Below are positions 10,806 through 22,100 of a stretch of 64,000 nt of DNA, piece by piece (positions within the stretch are counted from its first letter, which is position 1; each line of letters starts with the position of its first letter). The notes beneath the pieces are model-generated. The model did not search any database and had not been told where the DNA came from. It was given only the letters and a program-made list of their open reading frames with translations. Location: NCBI GenBank assembly GCA_002633005.1, contig NMRA01000472.1:39959-103958 (forward strand), read 5' to 3'. A program made the translations under genes and the position numbers. Source of the DNA: Phoronis australis (Eukaryota; Animalia; Phoronida).

Positions 10806-11804
10806 CTGGTCTAAATCGGTCGAAACCCCACTGTACACCTTGTAGCCAGAGTCCTCAATGGGTATAAGATGAAGAGCAACATCACCAGGTCCGAGGGTTA
10901 GAGCGCCTGCGGACGACTGGGCATCCACGGCTGAAGATTTGCGATGGCCTTTACTATCGAAGAGGTCGCTCGTTGTCTCGACAATGGGCTTATTTTCAGT
11001 ACCCATAGCCGAATTAGGAACTGTGTGGTCCGTACTCGTCGTAGAAGCGTTTGCAACAGTATAAGGTATAAAAGTATCCTTTGCATTCTGTCTGCCGTCG
11101 TCACAAATAGATGTCTTTTTTGCAACGTCAACATATTCTTTGTCTATGTCGTTGACTGATGATGCAGCGCGTGACCTTCGACCATTTCTTGATACTGGCG
11201 AAGCGCCTTTGTGCGAAGTTTGCCGTCCGTAAGTTTCTGTGTATCCAGGTGAAGGCAATCTAGATAAACGCGGATGCTCTTTAGTCCTGTTTTCCGAGGG
11301 TGGGTATACTACCCTTCCAGACATTCTGCACACTATTTCCTTCTCTTGTTCAGCGTTCGCTTTTGACAGCGACCTGTGACAAACCAAGATAGACAGAATG
11401 GAGCAGATGAATTCAATGAACGCGAATGCTGCCAATGGAATATGTGGCTCACTGTACTGTAGTCTGGTGTCTTCTGCCACTACCGATGCGGTTGCATCCA
11501 CTAGTAAGGCGCAACCAACCATTAATAGCCCGGCCAAGAAACAGGAAAGAACGGCCAAAGCTAAATAACTCGTGACATTTACACGAGTCTTTAGGCGCAA
11601 TGCAACAATGCCCATTATACCGGTAACGACAAAGAAAGGCCCTATCCACAACTCCAATGCCCCTGCTTTGTTCACATCTAATGCTCCTGACACACTTAAA
11701 AAGACAGCCGTGGTCAAACACAGAATGCCCATGGAGACATGGATCATAGACAACGACAGCATGCTACCACGAGGAACGTGTACGTTTCGCTTAAAAGGTT
11801 CCAT
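10791..11804 (-). CDS. CD20/MS4A-like four-TM protein, paralog 3 (337 aa from ATG 11804)
   Basis: ELWIGPFFVVTGIMG and YSEPHIPLAAFAFIEFICSILSILVC; clearly homologous to paralog 2 over the first ~150 aa; acceptor ctacag 18 nt upstream of the ATG. Confidence 0.85.
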   Translation of the reverse strand: MEPFKRNVHVPRGSMLSLSMIHVSMGILCLTTAVFLSVSGALDVNKAGALELWIGPFFVVTGIMGIVALRLKTRVNVTSYLALAVLSCFLAGLLMVGCALLVDATASVVAEDTRLQYSEPHIPLAAFAFIEFICSILSILVCHRSLSKANAEQEKEIVCRMSGRVVYPPSENRTKEHPRLSRLPSPGYTETYGRQTSHKGASPVSRNGRRSRAASSVNDIDKEYVDVAKKTSICDDGRQNAKDTFIPYTVANASTTSTDHTVPNSAMGTENKPIVETTSDLFDSKGHRKSSAVDAQSSAGALTLGPGDVALHLIPIEDSGYKVYSGVSTDLDQACVQ

Positions 11805-12567
11805 TTTTTGTTTGGACAATTCCTGTAGACTTCAAAACAAATTAAGCTAAAGTAATTAGGTCACCGTGTTTACGATGAAAGTCTCTTTCCAGTACTTTGG
11901 TCTGGATATGCTGTTGACAAATAGGTCGGTGTTAAAATGCCTACTTTGACGTTCATAAATCTTCCCACGTACAAGAAATGTGATTCACAATTAATGCTTT
12001 TATAGCATAAGGTGCGATCTGATTTCACGTGAAGATTGAAAGTTGTCATATCATTTGTGAAGAATAAGACTCGTTCACGCGAATCTTTTTCAGGATTTTT
12101 TTTCCGGAATGTATTCCGAATATTTTTTTGCAAACGTGCAAAAGAGTGAAAAAAGCCAATAATTCCCCAAAATCCGCAAAAAAGATTCCCATGAATGGGT
12201 AAACCGTACCAGTTAATCTGATGGCTTCGACACGTTCATCCATACATAGCATCAGACTATCCAACGTATGCACATTTAATTCGGACGTGTAGTAATGACG
12301 TATCTACCACTAATACGCCGCGACTTGGACCTACACTTAGGAATGGACTTGCACAGTCACATCACATTTTCAATAATTTTGCACGTCTTGGACTTCTTTC
12401 CAAGTCAGGTAAACAAGGATGAACTTGTGTTTCGACAACGGTTGAACCCATTGCAAGCTACCAAAGAGTTGAGAAGGATAACGATTGACCGGGTTCTAAT
12501 CATTTTACTCGAAATGTAACTCGACATTATATTTGGCATTTTCTATTTTACTTTTGTGCGAGCTTAA

Positions 12568-13896
12568 AGGCGAAGGAAACCTTTTTCATGTCATTTTTAG
12601 CAAAAATAAGGTTCCTTTATTATCCCAGACATATTTTTCAGTTATTTACAGCTTTTCGTAATTTAATTAATTACTCGTCGTCCACTCCGGAAGTGACGTT
12701 TTGGGAGGCAAGAATTTCGCGCCAATTTCGTTTCATATAGTTTGAGTGTGAGAGCAGTCGAGTCAATCATTGTTCTACCTTGGTTGTGATAAGTTCGGTC
12801 GTCGTTTGCTTTTGTTTACGAGTCAGTCAACATGCCATGCTGTTGCTGCGTACTGGGATGTACTCATTATCGTCTCACGTACAGAGGAAGAACTGTCCCA
12901 CTTATTTGCCCGAGTGTCCCGCGACACACTCCCACTGGAGGGTGATCTGAGCACTCAAACTGCTTACATCCCGCCGTGTGACTCCCTCGCCACACACCTG
13001 GCACCTTCTAAATAGTTCCAATACAAGTCCACAATAAACTTATCAAACTTAAGCTCACCGATCTGTTCATTGGATGACGAACTGTCCTCTTCACTGGGTG
13101 TCGAATTCGGCCTGCATTCACTCCCACTACTCAACATCGCTGCAGGGCTGCTTACAGGCTCTGGGCTAGATACAACAGCAAAGAGTGAATCACTGCTAGT
13201 TCACGGAATTGCAAGCTATGGGGTACGTTCGGAGGCACGGAGGACAGTAGATGAAGTGCCACCAGTCACTGCATATAGTGGCCACAGTTCGCGAGGCTTC
13301 TCGCTTCAAAAACGCACTTCTCGGGAGTGGCCCCGGGAATCAACAGCGACGGTAGCCTATGGCACCCTTCTTCAGGCGTTGTTTCTCAGGGACCTTCATC
13401 AATTCAGCGTACATATCTCTGTCGTAATCTGACGGCAGAAAATGTTTGCTACACACTCGGTAACCCTCCTCTGCTTTGTACGTTGCGTGGACGGTTAGCG
13501 CTGCGTTTTTCACACGAACGAGCTAGTCAAGTACGACGAAGTGTGTCGTCCTTTGGAAAGCGATGCAAGGTACCCAAAGCGCATGTGAGACGAACACGAG
13601 TACATCCCGGCACGCAGCAGCAGCGTGGCATGTTGTCTGACTCGTAAACAAAAGCAAACGACGACCGCACTAATCACAACTGAGGTAGAACAATTACTGA
13701 CTCGACAGCTCTCATAGTCAGACTATATGAAAAGAAATCGGCGCGAAATTCTTGCCTCCCAAAACGTCACATCCAGAGTAGAGGACGATAAATTATCCAA
13801 ATTACAAAAAGCTGAAATTAAGTGAAAATGTGTCTGGGATAATCAAAGAACCTTATTTTTGCTAAAAGTGACATGAAAAAAAGGTTGCCTTCGCCT
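12568..13896 (-). mobile_element. Non-autonomous Kolobok-like DNA transposon with a THAP pseudogene
   Basis: TTAA TSD (12564-12567 and 13897-13900), AG...CT termini, ~310-bp TIRs. Minus strand from ATG 13631 reads [10 protein letters not shown]...[14 protein letters not shown], then after a frameshift YRVCSKHFLPSDY...RLKKGA (THAP C2CH). Confidence 0.85.
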
Positions 13897-13974
13897 TTAA
13901 GATAAGTGTCTATTATACCACAATATCAGCGTCGAATGGCAGATACAACCGTGTGAGATACCATTCTGGCGGGA

Positions 13975-14050
13975 AACGGAGGCCGGATTCGAACTTGGGC
14001 AGCACGTGTTTCGAGTCGTCGACTTTACCACTGCACCACTCAGCGGTTGC
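13975..14050 (-). repeat. tRNA-derived SINE head or tRNA pseudogene
   Basis: Pol III A box TGGTGCAGTGG and B box GTTCGAATCC at tRNA-like spacing; no convincing acceptor stem. Confidence 0.55.
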
Positions 14051-14944
14051 CGTCATCCAACGTGAAAGTAGAATACTTAAATGAGCACGCGCAACAATCG
14101 CATGTTCAGCAAAGGGCATTGTATCGACACTTATGCGCTATGAAATATAAGACGCATAATTTCCATAAAAACGATATTTCATTTCAGTGAAAATTTTCTT
14201 TCATGTTCTCTCACTTGTAAATCACCAATCTCCAATTTGAATGCGGGTATCGTGTCGTCCTGATCCTTTGACTGGAGCATTATACTCGGTTACCAGTGGT
14301 AACCTACTTTAGCAGACGATATTTTCCCGGTCGAAGCTTAGCGTGATAAAATGTGTAGTAACCTATAATAGTTGCTAAGCCTTAATTTATTGATTCACTT
14401 TATTTCTCCTTAAATTTTCAACTGATTTTGAGTAAAAGCATTATTTGACAAAAATAGCTCAGCTTTTCTTAATAGGTCACGACCTCCGACCCCAGGCCTC
14501 TGACATAGAAAGTAGTTACAAAGCCCAGGCTAGTCGAGAAAGGTAGATCGATTCATTGCAATGTTTCTTGTTCAGTATGTAGTATAAATAGATTATTACA
14601 TATTCTCAGTCGTTATCCCCCTTATTTGAGTCCTCGAGCGATAATTCTCCAAAATCCACTCGGGCTCTAGATAACGGGGGATAACGACTTCGCCATGTAA
14701 TATTTATTCTACGCTCGAGTACATAATATCTTACGTGGATAATTGTTAGGCATAGTTTGCAATTGATAAACCCAACATTAAGGCTAAAAGTTGGAGTTTG
14801 ACCACAAAATTTCGAGTTTTTACTCGAGTTTGCAGCACAAATATAAGGGTCATGAAGCACAAACATAATTTCGAGTTCGTTTCGAGTAAAAAGATTAGAT
14901 TCCTGGATCTGGTCAAAGTCTTTTGAAATTTAAAGTGCTACGTA

Positions 14945-15092
14945 AGCCTGAGTAGAGTTCAAAAACACTAGGACCTCGCTACAGAAGCAAGACTTCTCCA
15001 GATTACGCGAGATATTGTTGTGTATTTTAAATGAGAACACGTGATTTTGGCTAGATTTTTCTAGTACTGACACAGGTACTGAACTCTCAGAC
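14945..15092. mobile_element. Diverged copy of the 150-bp MITE
   Basis: Core tgtgtattttaaatgagaaca.gtga shared with 10656-10805. Confidence 0.6.
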
Positions 15093-15882
15093 CTAATTAT
15101 TATTGTTGTTTTAAGTTTGGCATTTAATTTCATTTAAGTGGGCGCAAAACGTTAAGACGATGTCATACTAAACAGCATAGTAGCTTTTAATTATTGTAGC
15201 AAGCCAACCGCCAAGTTATCAAGTTCAGGGACACCGTGTGTAGCTCTAACTACGAGAAATGTGGCAGAATCTAACTTCAGTGTGAGACCGTCATCCACAT
15301 AACTCTTTGTCAAGGCATCTTGTGAATTAGCCGAGTCTAAAACATAGTTATTGTAATGACTATCCACATGTAGTGACCAGTCCATTCCTTAACACAAAGT
15401 TGAATACCATAGCTTGAAGATATACTAATGTATATGTGTGTGCCTACTTGTTACTTGTGAGGTTTTCATAGTCTAAGGGACATAATATTCGAAGGGCAAA
15501 TGAGGACATAACGTGTCTAGACAGATTGGAAGCATAGTCCCTCCAGATGGGAAGGACGAACATTTAAATGAAGAGGAAGGACCCCAAATAGGAAGGACAG
15601 GCGATAAATGGGAAGGACAGAATCCAAAACTGGGCAGTAGGAACAATAAATGGGAAGAACGGATTGTGACCAGAACGACCATCCAAAATCATACGTACCA
15701 AATTAATTTGAATAATCAGAGTAAAAATGAACACTGGTCAGAGTTCAAAGATAAACGGAGATGTGGTCACAGCTAAAAAATCTATTTTTTTGTTAAATGT
15801 TTTAATACGAAAAACATGATGTAAAATAATTGGAGTTAATCCCAGAAAGCCTTAGAACGACACACCCAATACGTATTCATTA

Positions 15883-15888
15883 TTTATT
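15883..15888 (-). promoter_or_regulatory. Candidate polyadenylation signal for the calpain gene
   Basis: AATAAA on the minus strand about 270 nt after the stop codon; motif only. Confidence 0.35.
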
Positions 15889-16158
15889 AGTCATTTGATT
15901 TCTATAAATGCTGATTGTTACACACAGTACACAGTCAATATCGTTACCACCCCAGACCATTTTAAAGATCCTTAGAGACTTTTACATCCGTAAAATAACC
16001 ACTTACTCCAGCTGCTAAACAACAAAATTAAACCACATAAACCAAGATATCATTCATCTAACTGTCACCACTAATAAGATTGATTTTATACTAATACAAA
16101 CGAAGCTAAATGGAATATCCTCTTCTCTTCAATGTCTCAGTGAACCTCTTCCCAATAA

Positions 16159-16185
16159 CTATAGCGCCACACTGCAGGAGATGAA
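16159..16185 (-). CDS. Calpain terminal coding exon (FISCSVAL-stop)
   Basis: tttattttcag|TTC ATC TCC TGC AGT GTG GCG CTA TAG; length and hydrophobic pattern fit the final penta-EF-hand helix. Confidence 0.8.
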   Translation of the reverse strand, partial: FISCSVAL

Positions 16186-19100
16186 CTGAAAATAAAGCAT
16201 CTATAATCATAATTTGTTATAGCATTTGTTCATTCACTACTTGCACACTTTTGGCGGCGCTGCAAAAAATGATTGTTAAGCATTTTTGTTTAGGACACAT
16301 TGCCTCGTTTTAGCATTAATTTCAACAACCCACACGTGAAAGACCGCGTGTTCTAAAAATGCAGAACCATTGTAGTTTGGGCACGACACCTCGTTGTGAA
16401 GCATGATGACAAATTCGTGCAAGGTGTGACAACTAACATGCTTGATTTTTGTTGGTTTTAACGCTATTCTCCGGCTCTCCTTCCGACTGGTAAAATATCG
16501 AGATGGGAGACCGACCTGTTTGAACTGTTTTTGATATATCAATATGTGAGAAGGAGATCGAGAAATATATGTTATCCTACATGCACAGGAATACTACTGC
16601 CATATCCTACATGCATAGGAATACTACTGCCATATCCTACATGCATAGGAATACTACTGCCATATCCTACATGCATAGGAATACTACTGCCATATCCTAC
16701 ATGCATAGGAATACTACTGCCATATCCTACATGCATAGGAATACTACTGCCATATCCTATCGGTCGCGTTGGGACATTCTCAGATAAAACGAATTCGAGA
16801 TATGAATAAAATTGGCAATAGTATTCCTTGAACTGGTGAAGAAAGGTGTACTATTTTATTATCATGATGTCATTTTTATGTTAAGTAATAGATCTGCAGA
16901 CTCTGAAAACGAGCGTCTTCGACACATTATTTTGGAGCCAAATATCGACTTCATTTTTCTACGAAAAATAATTAAAAAGCATGCGGAATTCCCCCACATC
17001 AGGCCCAAAAATTTCCCCCATTAAAAATTCCTGTGCAAATTAGAAGAATTACTTCCGCAAATTGTTTTGGCCATTTGAAGCGTTGTCGATGAGAGGGATG
17101 GGTTCCTCTCAACCTAAACAATCTTCTCTCAGAAAGCGCAGGCATCTTTCACATCAGGTGAACGAGGGTCCTGCAAAATCTCTCACAAAATATCTTTTAA
17201 CTTGGACAATTTCAACTGAAAGCAATCTAAATGTTGCCATGATTCGGTTTTGTCAAATTTTGGTCAAATAAAAAGTTAACATGAAATCAGTATAAAACTT
17301 TTGTGAACCTTACAGCTGTCTAAGTGGTGACGTCATCTGGTCTTAACTTCTTCCTTACTCAGACCACAGGCGCTTGGGTTTATCTGTTCCTCGATCGCAA
17401 ATGACGTCACTCACTACTACATATAAGAAAACATAAAGGTTGGACACTCGAAATCTGTTTCCTAAAATTTTATACTCAAATGTGCATGGAACTCCACGAA
17501 ACTAGCATCGAACAACTCTTAGAATACCTTCTTTCATTTGATCTCTTCAAATTGCCTTCGAGTGGTGATTTGGCGACAAAAATGCCAAAAGAATGCCAAA
17601 ATCACAAATTCAAGGAACACATTCCGTGATGTCATGGCAGACGGTCTTCACACATCCGGGTTTTTAACGGACGCTCCCGAGCTAAATCCGAAAGTCTATT
17701 TTCTCGCGCCGTCCATCCCTCGATTGGTCATGAGAAGCAGAGAGCACTTTAAAAATATCATTGCCAAATAAATGTAACTACTCAGATATTTGTGTCAAAT
17801 ATAAATTATCCTGATACTGTATTGATATGCGAGGTTTTTTGTATACTGTGATTTCTTAGGAAGGTTTTACTTTTAGCCAAAACCATTGAGTTAACTCGTC
17901 GGCCACACGCAATGTAATACTTGCACGGACTGCGTTTCCTGGCCGAGTGCGTGTTGTGCTTCAATCAAAAAAGTGCGTGATGTCAAGATGAGAAACAAGA
18001 TACGCCAGTTTATGCAATAAAATTCTCAGTTAAGGGCCAAAATGAGCCGTCAGTGGAATAAAGTTACAAATAATCATTAAAATACTAACTTTAACATTCT
18101 CAGTTAGTCGAGTTTTGGATTAGAATTATTGAATTTGAAATATAGGTTGCTTGCTCAAACTCGAGGTTTCACCTACGACAGGCGTACAAGTTGAAGCACA
18201 ACTGAAATCCGCCATGTTTACTATTTCAGGTCCTTGAATTCAGAGTTTTGAGAGTGTTTTGGAAATCCCATCGCTCATTCACCACTCACGAAGACAGTTA
18301 ATGGGATCTAGGAAAGATAAGGCTTCGAAGGTTTATGCAACACCAGACTGAGAGAGGTGCACGCAGATTTTATTTGGATTTTGGACGGTTGAAGTTGGGA
18401 GCCTCGGCTTGGCATAGTTTAAGTGTCCAACCTTTATGTTTCTTATATATGGTTATGAGTGATCTGGAAATCCGAGCGCCTGTGACTCAGACTAAAACTT
18501 ATTTTTGGCTTGGAAAAACTGACAGCTCGTAAAAATTAGGGTTTTCGTCACATAAAAATAACCACGAAATGCCAAGAAAACATGTTGAGCTTGGTCTCCA
18601 GCTGAAAACAACTATCAATTCTTCTCAGTGCCCTGAAAGGTGGGTTTTGAGGCGAAATCCATTTTTTTCAGACTAAGGAAACTGTGTGCTTGAGAACCTA
18701 ATATATTCATTGCAATTAAAGCAAGGTGTGTGCAAATGGTTTCTGTTAAGAGTAACACTGTAGTCAGTTTTAAGCATTTTCTTTAAAATATTGAGGCACC
18801 ATTAACTTTGCTTCAACAGCACCATTTGGCACTGCCAACATCGATATACACAAGCACATGCACACATAGGCACACATGCGTACTCGTAAATCAGTTGGTG
18901 TTAAGATATACTCTCGTGAGACTTAATGACTGTATTGGACACCTTGGCACGTTAACTTAAAAATGTTGATGCAATGAACGATTTGCATTTCTTCGATAAG
19001 TTTCAGCACGCGTACCTCGTCCAAACTGAAAGTTGCCTGTCCTCTGGCTGGATCCTTGTACTTGTCGAAATTCCCTACAAAAAGAAGTGTTCGTTGAAAT

Positions 19101-22100
19101 TATCCCTGAAAGTACTTTACACAATAATGTTGATTCACGCAACCATAACCTTGTAAGGTATGGTTTGTCGTCATGATTGTATATATGTAAGTATTTATGT
19201 ATGTATGTATGTATGTATGTATGTAGAATTTTTTGTATGTATGTATAAATGTATGTGTGTATGTGTAAATGTCTGTTTATGTGTGTGTGTATGTATGTAT
19301 GAACGTATGTATGTATGTATGCATATGTATTTTTGTGTAATGCAAGGTCTGTTAAATAAAATACTGGCTTCTGTCGATTCCAGAGTCCAAAGAATTCTGT
19401 CGTAAGTTCGGAATGTCACATGTTCTTGTATAGGCACACAACGTAGCTGTGCAATATCCATCGCAAAAAACGAAGAAAACATAAACAGATGAACACATCA
19501 TTTACACTTATTTCTGCAACTTTGATCGAACACATCCGTCATCATGAGAGAAAAATCTGGCTCGAGCACAAAATACAGTGATTGACTGTAAATACCTTAC
19601 ACACTGTAAACTTATTTTTAGGAAATAAATCCAATTTTACGAAACCTAGCCAATGAAAAGTAAAAAGGAGAGACTGCACCAACTCAAGAAGCAGAAAGTA
19701 TCACAATAAAGTCGAGTTAACAACTTGCTGACACCAGTCGATGTCTTATGGGTCTAGTGCTGACGCCAGTCGATGTCTTATGGGTCCAGTGCCGAGTTGC
19801 ATGGCACAGTCCTAAATACGGACTTAACTAAGTTCCCTAAATCTGAGTACTTGTGTCTTTGTTTACTCAGAAATGTCATGTTTCTCTATCATTTTATCTT
19901 TATTATGACCCCTTCCTTGACTAATGAAATTTTCTAATAAAATATTTCAAATTAGACCATTATTTCAATGGAAATGAATCAGGACTTAGTCCTAAAAGTA
20001 GGTCCATTGCATGAAAAATTTTCTATTTGTTTAAATAATTCAGAGAATTCAGCGCAGAATTCACTAGCAAACTGACTTGGTAATGGAAATAAAAAGAAAG
20101 GACAATCAGTGTTTTCACAAGTCTACAAATGCGGTGAAATGTTAAGGAACATAGTTGAGTCCCTATTTGGGACTATTTCATGCAGAATATTTAGGCCCTT
20201 GGTGTAGTTGTTCAACCGATTTCTAAAAAGGTAATGAATGATGTGAAGTAATCTATGTCAGCATTTATTTGTTGCAATGTGATAGTTATGATGAAACTCA
20301 TAAAATTGCAAAGCACCTATACGTGGTTAAACACAACTTCTCGCCTGCAACAGGCGAACTTTTAGTAGTAGATATCGTTGCTTTGGAGTTTAGCTGTCAC
20401 TTACTTTATTTAAAAAAGACCTTGTGGTGCCAGGTAGAGCAACGGTCCTACGGGAAAATGTTACATCGAGAAAGAAAAGATGGGAGCATTAGCAGATGAC
20501 ATGAAACAGCAGAGATGGGCAATGAGAAGCGACTCAGTTTTTGTTCATGGATCAGCATGTCGGGACAGATCCAATAACGAAGAATTCGATTCTTTAGGGA
20601 GAAACCTCAATACGACATAGGTTTCGCAAAATATTGTCGACGTGCAAATCAAGATTAGCGGAAGGCACGTGCAGCCACAACTGGCGCTATTACTGTATGA
20701 TAATGAAATGAGATGAGACCAACTGTAGAACAGAATAACATCTAGTGTCTTTATTCCACAAGATAAACGACTGGACGACGGGCATACTCTGCTGGACGTC
20801 GAGCTATATTTCCCCGCCACACAATTCACCACTTGCACGAATTCGCCATTATGCTTGAGAAGGGGGTGTTGCGTCCAAACTACAATGGTCCTACATGTTT
20901 GGAACACGTGCGCTTTCTCGTTTGCGCTGCTAAAATTGATGCCAAAACGAGGCATTTTGCCCTAAACAACAATGCACAACAATCGTTTTTTGTAGCGCCA
21001 CCAAAGTGTGTAAGTATTGAATAACAGTGACATTAATGACCCGGTACAGTCTCATGATCAACTGAGCTAGGGGGACTCATCGAGCATCATGCAGCAAAAC
21101 TGGTGTGTCATGGCAGATAAGGGCCGATGAAGCCAACCGGAAGGTACACAAGTTAGATACACGACTGCACAGGTAACGGGTGGAAGTGTCACAATGAATC
21201 GTATAATTGTGGAGATTGGATGTAGTTTTTGGGGGCAACGAAATAACTACGGAGAGAACATGTCAACATATGTCGCAGCAGAAGCAAACAGCATCAGTAT
21301 ACATCTGCCTGTAAGAAGCAACACCTACCAAAATGACCGTAGCAAGACCAGAGCAATGGACCTACATCAAGTCCGGACGGGAAGTTCGTGATCATGCTCG
21401 CGAGATATTTTAATATTAAAATTTCTTACTAGCGTTATGTTTCGTGATCCACCTCACCAAACCACCCCCAGTGTTCGGAGGAATTTGGAAGTACACACTT
21501 TTGGGAATGACTCATGTACGAAATGGAATGTCGTATTTAAAATCCAGGAAAGCTCCACAACAATGGTGAATACAAATGTATTTCAAAACTAGTGTATTTG
21601 TGATCAGGGACGCCAAAGCTAGCACGTGTGTAAGCATGTAAGCTTATGACTGAATGCAAACTACATGTATAACTAAATGTTCCTGTGACATACACTGTGT
21701 TCCTACGTAATAAAAAGTATCTGCAAACGGCAACGAAATTACTCTCATGTGTTCTTGTAAACCAGTTCAGTTTAGTTGTTTTAATTTCATGATATCGTGC
21801 CTCCAAGAAGTAAAATATAAAGGACCCGTATTTATTTGCCGCATTCCTTGGCTTTTATAAGACCATTGGGGATTTTGGCATTAATTTCCTTTAAAAGGTG
21901 CAATTTTCACTTTCACGTACACGTTTATACAGATCAACCTGCGAAGTATTGCATTATGTGAGACTAATGTGAAGGGTTGACCTTTCGCTTGAGTTTTCGT
22001 AAAATTCGCCATCTTGTAACCAGGAGTACGTGGGGGGATTCATTCACCCTTCCCTCACTGAGAGCCTCGGTCTCACCAGACACAGTTCATGCATACCTTT

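Noticed and set aside
9293-11850. Plus-strand ORFs 9293-9769 and 11572-11850 that resemble each other
   Set aside because: They are antisense shadows of the paralogous MS4A-like genes.
13975-14050. Functional tRNA gene
   Set aside because: A and B boxes are present but the acceptor stem does not pair convincingly; better explained as a SINE head or pseudogene.
16573-16759. 30-bp palindromic repeat resembling a CRISPR array
   Set aside because: Units are directly adjacent and identical with no unique spacers; eukaryotic intron; no cas genes.
19160-19482. ORFs over microsatellites (also 26362-26831 and 16531-16809)
   Set aside because: Low-complexity repeats lacking stops; no coding signal.
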